Assembly: GCA_965153355.1 (NCBI GenBank)
Contig: OZ231126.1
Span: 14,818,001-14,882,000 of the forward strand
Length of the DNA: 64,000 nt
Reading direction: 5' to 3'
Origin: Flaccisagitta enflata
Lineage: Eukaryota
The stretch's first letter is position 1. Each line of letters begins with the position of its first letter. The notes under the pieces were generated by a model. That model did not search any database and was not told the DNA's origin. It saw only the letters and a program-made list of their open reading frames with translations. Position numbers and translations under genes: made by a program. Positions 38,046-50,156 of the stretch are shown here, one piece after another.

Positions 38046-38071
38046 ATACAGTACCATCCATCAAACCTCAC

Positions 38072-38206
38072 CTCTATTACTATCAAGACAAACATCCTCC
38101 AACCGAAAGTGGAACAAATTTGTTGGAAGTGACTGTAGAGAGCAATCTTTAGCACTCAGATGTTTGAGTAGTGATGATGAGGAAAGAGGTGGCAGAGACT
38201 TCAATT
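38072..38206 (-). CDS. ROCO LRR cassette exon C (135 nt, phase 1-1)
   Basis: ELKSLPPLSSSSLLKHLSAKDCSLQSLPTNLFHFRLEDVCLDSNR; cag/gtgagg boundaries. Confidence 0.9.
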
Positions 38207-38446
38207 CTGGAATTGAAGGAGGTAAATAGGATTATCTTTGTCATCACTACTAGAGATGCCCAAGCGGTTGATATTCTTGTTGCTTCCAACGCTTCCTCTT
38301 CTGCCTCTATCTTGCAGTTCAAATACTAGTAGTAGTACCTATCCCACCCGCCGAATTGGAAACGGTCAATTGTTTCCAGATCCCTAACTTACTAACAATG
38401 TAAAGTGGCCAAAAGTAGCCGCATAGTCACACCCTTCAATCTTCAC

Positions 38447-38581
38447 CTTTGTTTTTATCAAGACAAGCATTTTCCAACCGAAAGTGGAACAAATTTGTTG
38501 GAAGTGACTCAAGAGAGCATTCTTTAGCACTCAGATGCTTGAGTTGTGATGATGATGAAAGAGGCGGTAGGGACTTTAAGC
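38447..38581 (-). CDS. ROCO LRR cassette exon B (135 nt, phase 1-1)
   Basis: GLKSLPPLSSSSQLKHLSAKECSLESLPTNLFHFRLENACLDKNK; cag/gtgaag boundaries. Confidence 0.9.
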
Positions 38582-38893
38582 CTGAAAATGATGATCGTCA
38601 ATGATATTGTTGTTACTTTTATATGAATCAATGTCAAGATTAGCGTACCAACAATTTACACAAAATCATAGAAAAGTTCTCTATCAAAGGGATCTAGCTC
38701 TAAATCATGTATAAAGAAAACATATAACCATAGGACCCCTGTAAACTATGGCCGTCACCCCCTCATATCCCATAGAAAGTGTATCAGCAGGGTTCAACCA
38801 AGTGCCCAAGCAGGCAAGCATTGCTTGTAGGCAGCTAGCTTATTCCACAACGACCTCTTTAATATACAAAAAATTTTTTTTGCCAAATCTGAC

Positions 38894-39028
38894 CTTCATT
38901 TCCGTTCAAGTTAATTTCCTCCAGTTTGCTGTTAAACAAATTTGCAGGAAGTGAATCCAATGAGCAGTTTTCTAGCTTCAATATCTTCAGCGAGCATGAA
39001 GACGGCAAAGGCGGAAGTTCCTTCAATC
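38894..39028 (-). CDS. ROCO LRR cassette exon A (135 nt, phase 1-1), the most 5' exon found
   Basis: LKELPPLPSSCSLKILKLENCSLDSLPANLFNSKLEEINLNGNE; tag/gtcaga boundaries; the start exon is not visible. Confidence 0.9.
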
Positions 39029-39065
39029 CTAAGAGGATGAATTTTTCATTCACTAGAATCAACTG

Positions 39066-39115
<50 letters not shown>

Positions 39116-39165
39116 CTGTCAACATCATCATCATCATCATCGTTATTGTCACTTATACCATTTTC

Positions 39166-39198
<33 letters not shown>

Positions 39199-39200
<2 letters not shown>

Positions 39201-39989
39201 TGACATTCTTCACATTCCCCACCATATCCAGGTCAAGAAGCGCTCAATCGGATGCATTCGACTCCGCGGATCCCGAAGAGGAGGAGAGGCTCTCTCGCCG
39301 TCGAAGATTCCAAGATGGCGTCTGCTCGACTGCAGAGTGGAGGAAACTTAGGAAAAGGAGAGAGATCTTCGATCGACGGAGGAAGTGGAGGAACGCGCGC
39401 GCGCGCCGAAAGCGCTGACTTCCGGTTGAGGATTGATGGACTGTATCTCCTCAACCGCTTAGAGGAGAATAGACTTCGACCCCTCTAACGAATTCCCATG
39501 ACGCGACGATTCCATTGATCATTGTTCCATTGCTGCCAAATAATTTCAAATCTCGTGATGCTTTGATTAAATTTGTTATTTATTTCTAGGTTAAGTAAAA
39601 GTAGCTTCCCTGACTCTCTTACTGACATTCGACTTCACAATCTCAGTTAAAGACTCGATTTTGATGCTTTTTCCCCGACTTCCCTGCCCTGCGCCTAGAT
39701 TGGAAACCGTTCGACAACATCCGTGTAAGTCCTTGACCTTTTACCTTTTTGGCGCTTTTACAGAAGTATCCTTCATTGATGTACAGAGTTTGTCCTAACC
39801 TTTTTCTTTTTTCTCTATCCATCAGGATTCCACAAATAGACTGATTTTGCGGACAACTTGACCGCTCATCTCAACAATTCGTTCTAAGCGGGTGTACGTT
39901 CCAAATCATTAGCGCAGCTACGCAGTGGAGTCAGTTCTCGCGATTACGCATCAGGAGCTTGATAAGAAATCAGACGTAAAACGCTCTCA
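39199..39989 (+). repeat. 5' LTR
   Basis: TG..GACATTCTTCACATTCCCC ... GACGTAAAACGCTCTCA, a direct repeat of 50902-51693. Confidence 0.9.
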
Positions 39990-40033
39990 ATTCGTGGAAT
40001 CAAAAACCATCAACGATCCACGCAACGTCAACG

Positions 40034-43000
40034 ATGTCGACCGCCAACAACAACGCCAACACCGACGCGACGTCAATGCCGCCACCTTCGCTGCCCAATC
40101 AACGCAGGAAGGCCTTTCGACCAACCGACTGCGTGTCCATCGTTTCCGACTCGTCCGTCTATGCGGGCGCAATGGACCCCGTAGCCACGACGCTTCGCGG
40201 ATTACGAAAGTCTCTACGCAACACGCGCAACGCCTACATGTCGGCGTTGAAAACCGCCGATACCCTTAACGATGACGATATTTTGGACTTTTACCAAGAT
40301 ATGGACTGCCTTCGAAAGGAAGTGTGGTTAGCGGCGTGGCGATTGGTCAATACGACAAAGACTTACGCACAAGCAGAATCGACGAACAACCCCGACAAAG
40401 CGGCGTCATTGTTGTCGACAGCCGAAAGCTCATTGACGGAGGTACGGAAACTGTGGGACGCATAATGCTTCCACGACAAAAATACTTTTGCGTCGCATCT
40501 GTTCCTGCCAACCTACCACGACATCCACGATGAGTCACCAGAGACTGGAGCAAAACGCGCTCTCGAGATGACGATGGGGTCGTCGACGCATTTCGTCCAA
40601 TCCCTTTCACGACGACGTAAATCAACGCCGAACGTGACCGGCGACGATGAAGACGCGGGAGAGGACGACTTGCCCGTCGGCACGGAAGCAGCGAATCTCA
40701 ATGCAGCGGAGCAACGACACAACGCGCCGCCCCACACGCCAGGCGCGTTAGAAGACGCCGAAGAGATACGCATAAACTTTGAACCTCCAACACCGGTGAC
40801 GCCGGCGAAATCACGTTTTTTGTCGGCCAGAGACGATGAAGACGACGACGCCAGCGACGCAATGGAAACGTCATGGCCGAACGCTGACGCCAACCTCCCT
40901 CCAGGCGCCGTCGGCGGCGCCCCTCCCACGCAAGACCTTCTCAACATGTTACAGCAGTCGATTGCCGACGGCGACAGAGTCGCTCAAGGTGACGCGATGG
41001 TGCAAGTCGTCGGACGTCTCGTCGACGACGTTAACCAAGTTCGACGCTCGATGGCGAGAGAAGCACGCGCAAACACGAGATTCCGTCTCAGCTCGCGCTC
41101 TGTATCTCAACAACGGGAAGAGAACGCCCGGCAGATGACGGCAAACATCGCATTAAACGCAGCCGTTAATGCCCGGACAGACGCGGTCACGGCCGGAATC
41201 GACGAGAGGAAAAGAAGGGAGGAGGAGGAGAGGAGGAAGAAGGAGAAAGAGGAGGAGGAGGAAAGACAACGCATCCACGCTGAAGAAGTGAGAAGGAGGG
41301 CAGAGGAGACAAGAAAGGGGCAGGAGGAGAAAAGGAGGACAAACTTGAAGAACAAGATGGCACAGGAGAAAAGAGAGAAAGAGGAGAAAGAAGAAAAGAA
41401 AAGAAAAGAAGCGGAAAGGAAAGCAGAGGAGGAGAGAAGGAAGGCGGTGGCTAAGAGAGACGCGGAAGAAAGGAAGAAAATGGAGGAGAAGAAAAGACGC
41501 GAAGAAAAGAAAAAGGAGGAAGAGAAGAAAAGGAAAGAAGAGGAGGAGAGGAAGAAGAGAGAAGCGCAAAAGAAAAGTCAGCAAAGACAACTGCCATCCA
41601 AGACGCCGCCCCCAACCGCACGTGAACACCCTCTCCACGAGCAATTGCGCACGAGACAAGATGCAGCGGAGCAAGAAAAGAATGCGATGGATCACGCGGA
41701 CGCAATGGCAAGAGTCCAACAACTGATCAGCGATCTCAACCTGGAAGACAGCGTTGTTTTGCAGACACGTGTCCAGCTGCGCAAATCGACGCCGCCATCA
41801 CCAAGCTCACCCGTCATCGTCCACCAAATCGCGAGTGGTCCTCCAGCTCCGCAAGCATCCCGCAACACACGCGGAAGTCAACGCCCTCTGGTCGACGACG
41901 TCTTCGACGGCGAAGGGTTTGAGCGCGTCGACAGACGGAAGTCGAGAAAGACGCCGCCCCCAACGCCGTCGCCTCCTAGATATCAAAGATGTCAAACCGG
42001 AAGTGACTCCGCGCGAAACGGCCTCGCGCATTCGCAATCCTTCGCCGAGAGGATGAACGCGGTTTCCTTCATCGACAACCCGATTGCCTACAACGCCCGC
42101 GTCAGAGCAAAGGACGTGGGATTGAGGGAGATGCGCGCAGCACGCCCAAGAGAAGCGTATGGATACCTCGAGCCAATCGACTATATCATCGCCAAATCCA
42201 AATTTGAAAATGCCGCCTCTAACATTGAGCTAGACGAAATTGACAAAGTGACTGAATTGGCCAACGTCTTCGCGAATCCAGTGAAGGAAATTATCGACGG
42301 TCAACAACTCATCATCAAGGCGCACAATATGCGCCGCGTCTACAGCACCTTGTGGAAACGCCTGGACGAGATGTTCAACACGAGCGTCAATCCGTTCCAA
42401 TCGGCCGTCGACAGCATCTGCAGGAAAGGAAAGGTTCCAGAAAACGACATGAAAGCCCATCAAGCGTTGATTGGCACGTTGTACAAACTGGAAAGCGTCG
42501 CAGAACTGCTGAATGCAACGGGGGAGTGTGATCGTGACGTCCACATCCGCCGCATCATCAACGCGAGGGTGCCACATATCTCGACGGACTATTGGAAAGC
42601 AAGCGCTCGTGAACAAGCTCGCCACGGCACGGCTTACGGCTTCCAAGAACTCATCGGGGAGGTGAAGCATTGGGTGTCGTACAACAACCTCAAGGAACCG
42701 ACACGCATGGCGCCGAAACCGACGAAGGTTGCAGCGACGGCAGTCGGTCCGGCGACCTTCAAGGAACAGCTCGTCAACTCACCGCCGAAGCAACAACCCA
42801 ACGACATCTGCAATATTTGTGGAGGTCGCCACAACTCCCATTTGTGTCATGTTTTGGAAGCCATCCCATCAGCAGAGGATCGTGTGAAGAAGTTGGCTGA
42901 GAAACGTCTATGCTTTCATTGTTTCTGCCCAAACCATTCAGCGCGGGACTGCAAAGACAAGCCGACGTGCTCATCCTGCAATAAGAGACACGCAACCCTG

Positions 43001-43156
43001 CTGCACGATCGCCAATTCAAGACGAGAGGAAATGGAGAAGGAATCACGTTTAAGACGCCAAATCCTGCCGCATTAGCTGCAGCCGCCGCCGCTCCAAAAC
43101 CGTTCCTCCAGCGCCCCCAAGCAGCTCGTCGACGGACGATCTGTGCATCTGGATGA
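40034..43156 (+). CDS. gag: BEL/Pao Gag (one in-frame TAA at 40463-40465)
   Basis: ORFs 40034-40465 and 40568-43156 share a frame; KE-rich coiled coil; CNICGGRHNSHLC, CFHCFCPNHSARDC and CSSCNKRHATLLH knuckles typical of BEL Gag. Confidence 0.85.
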
Positions 43157-43194
43157 AGGAAGAGTGATGGAGGTGACTCGCTGCCACCTCCGCG

Positions 43195-46100
43195 ATGAGG
43201 ACGGTAGTTGCGGAGGATGATGTCACGCGACCGATTGTCCCTGTAAAGATCACCAACGTCGGACGGCCGTTCCACCGCAGTGTTGGGATGATTGACAGCA
43301 GAGCGGATCGTGACGTTTTATCGCTTCAAATCGTTAAAAAATTAGACTTTACCAACCGAAAAGATGCTGATGCGCGTGCATACGGTCAATTGTGGTGGTG
43401 GAGGAGAAAGTCTTAGCGCCTCTTATCCTTTCATCGATTGACGAGGAATACAATGTCCACATCAGTAACGCATTAACGGGAGAATTGTTGACGGGTGAAG
43501 CGGATATTGCTCCATGCCAACGCGACTTCACCAACCAGTCTCATCTTCGCAACATTCCATTTCCAAAAGCAAATGGTCCTGTCCACTTGATCATCGGCGC
43601 CGCCCATTACGATGCGACGATGCCTGTGGAGGCAAGAAGAGAGGTCCATCGGGATCTTTGACAGCCTTCAGATGTGTTTTTGGATGGACTGTAGCAGGAA
43701 AGAGTGGACGAAGATCTGATGATACCGCTGTCATTAACGCAATCCATGTGGATAACGCGCATTGAGCAAATCTCTCGACCGCATGTTCTACCATGACTTC
43801 GCCATTGTATCGGAGGAAGAAATGGGCCAGTCTGAAGAGAATCGTCGCGCTGTAAAAATGGGTGATGAGATTATATACTTTCACGAGAATTTCCAGAAAT
43901 ATGTCAGCCGCATGTAAGACAGAGAGAAAATCGTCAATTATCAAGTCTGTAAAATGCACGCAATGTATGACGACAAAGGACAAAAAGCTCTCCGATATAA
44001 AACTCTCAACGACCATGACTCAAGGAATGTTGTCTTCAAAGAAATGGACAAATCGTGGACACGGTGTGGCGATAGAGATTGATCCGAAGAACGACGATGC
44101 AGGCATCTCATCGCCACGCTGGTATTTACCCATCCATGTGGTGGAGGAAAGGAAACAAAACGTTGATTTGTCACGATGGACTGCTGAGCATCATGGTATT
44201 TGCCTCAATGAGCTACTGACGGGAGGCCCTATTATCATGAACGTGCTGACTGGAAGTTCTTATGAAATTGGCCATAAAATCGTGTCTTAAGGATGACCTG
44301 ATATTGCTGCGTTATAATGTCCGCGCCCATCCTGGTGACGTGCGATGATTGAGACATATATGTGGCTCTCACTGACAAAGCATGAGAGAAGGTGGTCGTG
44401 ATGCCTTTCTTGGCGCACATTTTTGAATGGTCTCATCAAGTCTCGTCACCAGCTATGTTTTACGCCATCACGCAGAAAAGATCAAACCAGACTTCCCGAA
44501 AATGTCTAATAAATGTTGAGACACATGCCTCTTCTACGCTGATGACGGTTTGTGGTGCGGATTCGAAGCTGGATGAGTGCACTGGTAGTTGAAGCGAAGA
44601 TCTCATCGCTTACGAAGAGCGGCGATTCACCTTAACGGCGGAAGTCGAACGCCGTGGAAGTGATGGACAGGATCTCAATGTCGCGGTCGACTTGAACCCA
44701 ACCGAGGAGCCAAATAAAGGTCTGGGGTCCAGTCGAAGGCTGCCGACGGACTGTTTCTGTATCTTCAGATGCGATCCAGAAGCGTGCAAGAGGGTAGCAA
44801 CAACTCCTCGCGAGTTGGTCTCCATGCAAGCCGACAACTATGATCCACTTGGATTCACAGCGCCTCGCGCCCTTGAAGGGAGAAGGTGTCTTCAGTTGAC
44901 GAGAGCTTCCGAGAAAGGATGGGATTCGACGATGGAGGAGGCGTTGATCAAACGCTTCACCAAATGGTACTCTGCGACTCCATTGCTGATCCAAATTGAA
45001 ATTCCGCGCCATATTGAGTGGGGCATTGTGAAGGCCGGTCGACGAGAAGTTCACACCTTCTGTGACGCCGCCATCCCTGGATTTGGAGTAGTGGGCTATT
45101 GGTTGGTGGAAGATGAGGATGGAACAATCCGCGTTACCATCTTGTGCGCAAATGCCCACGTCGTCCCTCTTGATGCGTCAAAAGCGTCGCACCACAATTC
45201 GGTGCCGAGGTTAGAAATGACAGCGGCAGAGAAAGCGGTGAAACTCAAACTTTTCATCAAGAGAACCATTCCAAAGGTGACCGAGGATATGGTGACGCTC
45301 TGGTCAGATTCAGAGGCTGTGCTGAAGATGATTTTCGACCATAAGTCTAAACGCCCTAGCTTCTTTGCAAACCGACTTTCAAAAATCCATAGCGGCTCAA
45401 GTGATTCTCAATGGAGATGGGTTAATACGGACAACAACCCGCGGACTATTGTCGCGGGGTATTGACGCCGGCGACAAGGACAAATGGGACATTTTCCATT
45501 TCGGTCCAAAGTTTCTCTACCTCCCCAAATCTGAGTGGCCGACAATGAATATTGCGACGGCGCCGGAGGCATCAATCAACGCCGTCGCGACAGGAGCGGT
45601 GGAAGAAGAGGAGGGGGAAAAGGAAAAGGAAATGTTTGCCTATGTAGTGGCTGCCCGTCGCCAGGAGTGGGTGGCGAAATTGCGTTTGATCGCCGTGATT
45701 GTGAAGTGTGCGCAGCGATGGAGACAGAAGGTGAAGGCAAAGACTAGAGCAGCGGCGACGACGCTGCAAAATCCCTACTCTGTATCTATGGCTGAATTGT
45801 ACGACGCTCAACGCCGCTTGATCAACGCAATCCAGTTCAAACATTTCCACTGAGAGATAAATTGGAAGTTGAAGGCAGAGGAAAACGGGCTGCTGATCAA
45901 CGACGTCATGCCAAAGTTATTCGCAAGACCACGCCATCACAATCCGGTTGTCGCATTTATAGCGGGACGACGTAGGAAGCAGACTTGTGAACGCGGACAT
46001 TGGCCATGACGAGAAATACCCGATGATTCTCCCTTCGAAGGATCCGAACGTCGCTTCTCTGATTCGCCACGTCCACTATCAGGATCTCCACGCGGGCCCA

Positions 46101-47164
46101 AAACACGTCTTATGCCAACTGCGACGCTTCGTGTGGATTCTTCGAGGTCTCCAAGCGGTGAAGACAGTTATCCACCATTGCGTCACGTGCCAAAGGAACT
46201 TCAAAGATCCTATGAAGCAACAAATGGCGCCTCTTCCTCAACGACGGCTCATTCCAACAGCGCCCTTCGAGGAGGTGGGACTTGACTGTATGGGTCACTT
46301 CCTGGTGAAACTGAACGGCAGGGCGGATCATAAAGTCTGGGCAGTGGTATTTACCTGCATGGTTTCGAGGGTGGTGCATGTGGAGGTGTTGTTTAAAATG
46401 GACACAGAGGCAATGATCAACGCCATCATTCGATTCGCGGCGAGACGACAAACGGTGCGTCGGTTCATCTCTGACTGTGGCACTAACCTGGTTGGTGCAA
46501 ATCGCTGCCATGAGGAGATGCAGTCGTGAACGTTGCTGCCGACGGTGGCTCCTGCAGCAGCATGGACCCAATGACTTGCCCCTGGGACTCCCATTACGTA
46601 TGCGTATGGAAAGTGGTCGTATCTCCTTTTCAAAAACATTTGGCATCCATTACTTCCGGTCACGTGCTCCATTACGACGTCTTCCAAACGGCAGTGATCG
46701 AGGTGGAAGGAATTCTCAACCGCCGACCTCTCACGCCTTTGAGCGACGACCCTAGCGATACATCGGCGCTGAGGCCGGTGAATATCTTGCATCCGTCTAC
46801 GTTCTCACACTCGTCGGCAGCGATTCTCCCTCCAGAGACCGGAAACGACGCCGTGGGAACGAGATGCCGATGGAGAAACGCACAGGCCCGTGTCGACGCC
46901 TTCTGGAAGGTATGGCGCGCCGAATACCTTCAGTTGCTGCACGCAAGGAGCAAATGGACAAACTCGGAAGTTAACATCAAAAAAGATGCATTGGTCATCA
47001 TCGTTGACGAGACGCTTCATCGGCATCAGTGGTCTTTGGGACGCATCGTCGAAGTGGAAGGATCTGGTGATCATGTCCGGAAGGCACAGATCCTAGGCCC
47101 CGACGGCAAGATCGTCCTCAAGGATCGGTCGAAGATCGTCCGATTGGAGCTGGATTCAGATTAA
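43195..47164 (+). pseudogene. pol: BEL/Pao pol, frameshifted (protease, RT, RNase H, integrase)
   Basis: MIDSRADR protease-like motif; YLPIHVV, CLNELL.GGP and FYADD (44532-44546) of RT; HTFCDA, PRLEM, WSDS, FFANR, WRWV..NP of RNase H; H..HAG..CVTC, GLDCMG, SDCGTN, EGILNRRPL, FWKVWRAEYL of integrase; multiple frameshifts and stops. Confidence 0.9.
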
Positions 47165-47720
47165 AAACGGATAAGTGTGAAGAGAGAGAGAGAAAGTAGA
47201 CCAGAGAGAAGCATAAGTGTTTCTATTTGTAAAGACTATACATGGAAATGAGGGTTTCTTTCTCTCATGAATTTTTTGGTCTTGTTTACTTTTTCTCAGT
47301 CGGTCTGTCTGATATGTCTTTGTGTGTGATTACGGGAGAGAGAGAGGTACATGGTGCCCCCAGTCAGTTGAGAATGTCCGCATGATTGACTGACAATCTA
47401 AATTTTGCCATGCCATTTTAATCTTGTATTGACCATATAGAGGCATTCGTTCGTGCATTTTCCTTTCTGTTTTATCCATATCGTTGACTGTTGAGTGTGG
47501 AGGTCATTTGAGGCAGCCAGATCGAAGAGTCTTTATTTCTTTATCTATGCATACTCATTTAACCTTTCCGTCATGGTCTTTCACGAATATGTCTTCCTGT
47601 TCAGCTGGATTACAATTTCCAGAAATCTGAATTCTTCCAAAACAGGCAAGCTACACTTATCTTACGCTAAAAGCTCTCTGTCGTTATCAGTCGACAACTG
47701 TTGCAGTAAAAAGATCCATC

Positions 47721-50156
47721 ATGTCGCAGCAGAACAACCAAGGCACGCCGGACGAGATCCGCGAAGCGAGGAGGCAGCGACTGGCGCTTGCCCAGGACGA
47801 GTTGGTGAGGGTGTGAGGGAATCAAGGAGAGGGAGAGACGAGGAGGATGGAGGAGGAAAGGGCGAGGGTGGAAGAGGAGAAGAGGAAAGTGGAGGAAGAG
47901 AAGAACAACCCGGAGAAGAAGAGGAGGAGGCAGGAGCAGGAGTCTAGGGCAGCGTCCCTCAGAGAACAACGTCGGCTTCGCGGGTTGCAACAGTCTGCTG
48001 TTGGAGGAGCTGATGACGTCATCGACGGGGTCAGCCATCTCTTCAACAGCTCGTCTTCCGGTGCGTGGACCGCTACGGACCCTATTCCTGCTCGGGCCCT
48101 CAACGCTTCGATGCCAACGCCTTCGCCGACAAGCGCGCCGCCAGTGAAGCGCGCCGTCAAGCCGACGATGCTCCGGGCGGCAAGAAAGGCGAGAAGAAAT
48201 CAAGCTGCCAACGAAAGCTTCGATACGGCAGTTTCGGGAGTGGAAGCGCTCATGGGGGATTCGACGTCGGAGTCAACCACGGACGCCCCCCCGCCGCCAC
48301 GCGGAGCAGAAGGAGTAGAGCGACAAGATTTAAATGACCCTAACAACTTGGACTTTGACGATGACGACGACGACGACGATGACGATGACAACTACGAGAC
48401 TCAGGATGACAGTGAGGGTGATGATATGGACACTCACGAACACGACGGAAGGGGAGAGGGACTTCCTCCCGGGGAGGTTGCTCGACCCGCCCTTACAGGC
48501 CCCCAAGGGGTATTGACTGCTCCTCCTCTTGCTCCCCCAATTCTGCCGCCGCCGCCGCAGACGTCGCAGGCGGTCGTGGAGTCGTCGACGTTACAAGTAA
48601 CGCCGGCCGCAGACTCGACCGCACCGGCGCCGTTTCAAGCATCACCTGACGCGACGCTGGTGATCCCGCCGCACATCAGTGACCTGTCCTCCATCTCGCA
48701 GGAACAAGCTGTCGAATTGGTGAAGATCTACAACGCCCAAGTCGACGCCCTCATCGAGCGGAAGCACACTGCAATGTACCACGACACGCAGCGTCGCTTA
48801 CGTGCGGAGAGAGATGCCCTTCATCCACAAGCCGAGCGAAGGGCATATGTTCCTACGCAAATCATCAGAGACGCATTAGTCGAAGAGGACGGAGAGATTG
48901 CGACGGTTGAAACTCGCGAGACGCTCCAATTGTGTAAAATCATCAACATCAGATCAATTGGAGCAACGGCGGACATGGGAAATGGAACTTTGAGAGATAT
49001 TTCCGTGCAAAGGCTCTCAAATCAGAGAAAAAGACGACGTGAAGGAGCCGCTTGTCTGATCGCGGAGGCCACGCGTTCGACCGGAAGTGGTAGCGATCAG
49101 CGTCAGACGCCCGTGACGCAGGATCCTCCACAACATCATCCGAGAGACGATCGACGAGCCAAAACTGGCGGTAACAATCTACAAATCGAAGTGAGAGAGA
49201 AGAGACGTCGGGTGAGCAAGGGTGGACCGCCGGATGCATCCGCATCGTTGTCATCGACGGTGATGGATGGTCCTGCGAGATTACCACATGATCCTGCTCC
49301 CCGGCTTCCTCCTCCTCAACGCCAGCGGTCACGTGACATTTCACCAATCCGTGTCCCAACTCAAACGACGACGACAACGAACAACCAAGGGGGTGCGCTC
49401 GCAGGGGCAGCCGTAAATCTGCCCCCACCTCCTCCTCCTCCCGTCAACGACGACCAACAGCGACGAGAGGAGCAAAACGCCAACAAAAAGAAGAGAAATC
49501 GTCGTCCGAAAAGGAAGTCTGGGGATGCGTCGACGTCCAACAGGTCGTCAACGTCGACTGCATCCGCTTCTTCTCCTTCACATCGCCCTCCCCAATCGCC
49601 GGAAGACCTTCTGACCGAGAAGATGTTGGCCATCGCCATCAAGGTGCCAAATCACCCTCGGCCAAAGGACATTCAAAAAGTTGTAGACATTCTTCCAGCG
49701 GCATTCTATCCCAACTCATCTCCGATGGATCGCGCGATCCACGCTGCCGATCACGCCGCGGATAGAGCCAGATTGGCGAGGAAGCTCATCGAACAGTACA
49801 CTTTTAGGATGAAAGTTGTCGGTGAGCATGACGCAACGGTTGCTCAGATGGCCCAGCTGCTATCTGACGCGCAGAAGGAAGCTGACCGCGTCCGCGCTGA
49901 GTTCTCTCAGCCCGACGGACAGATGCCATCGACTTCCGGCACTCAACGCCACTCCGCAACGTTGAGCAACCACGCGCCACCTTCCGGCAGAAACCCCCTC
50001 CGCCGCCAGAAAGACCACGCGCCATCCTATGTGGAGGCAAGGGCGGCAGGGGTAAAGGCCGGAAGTAGAGGGTCTCGTCGCCATGATCCCGGCCATCGTC
50101 TTCCCACTTCAATCGCGCGTATCATACCGACGTTTCACGTCGTCGCGGAAGACTAG
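47721..50156 (+). CDS. Extra ORF3 of the retrotransposon, low-complexity and likely disordered, unknown function
   Basis: 769-aa open frame from 47847; an in-frame ATG at 47721 (MSQQNNQG..) is separated from it by one TGA at 47814; lies between integrase and the 3' LTR. Confidence 0.7.

Noticed and set aside
39146-39488. Short ORFs in the LTR (repeated at 50867-51161) and antisense ORFs across gag/ORF3
   Set aside because: No recognisable domains; expected by chance in GC-rich sequence or opposite long ORFs
39990-40010. tRNA primer-binding site after the 5' LTR
   Set aside because: ATTCGTGGAATC lacks a clear adjacent TGG-started tRNA complement; could not be assigned
47847-50156. ORF3 as an envelope glycoprotein
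   Set aside because: No evident signal peptide, Cys-rich ectodomain or transmembrane anchor
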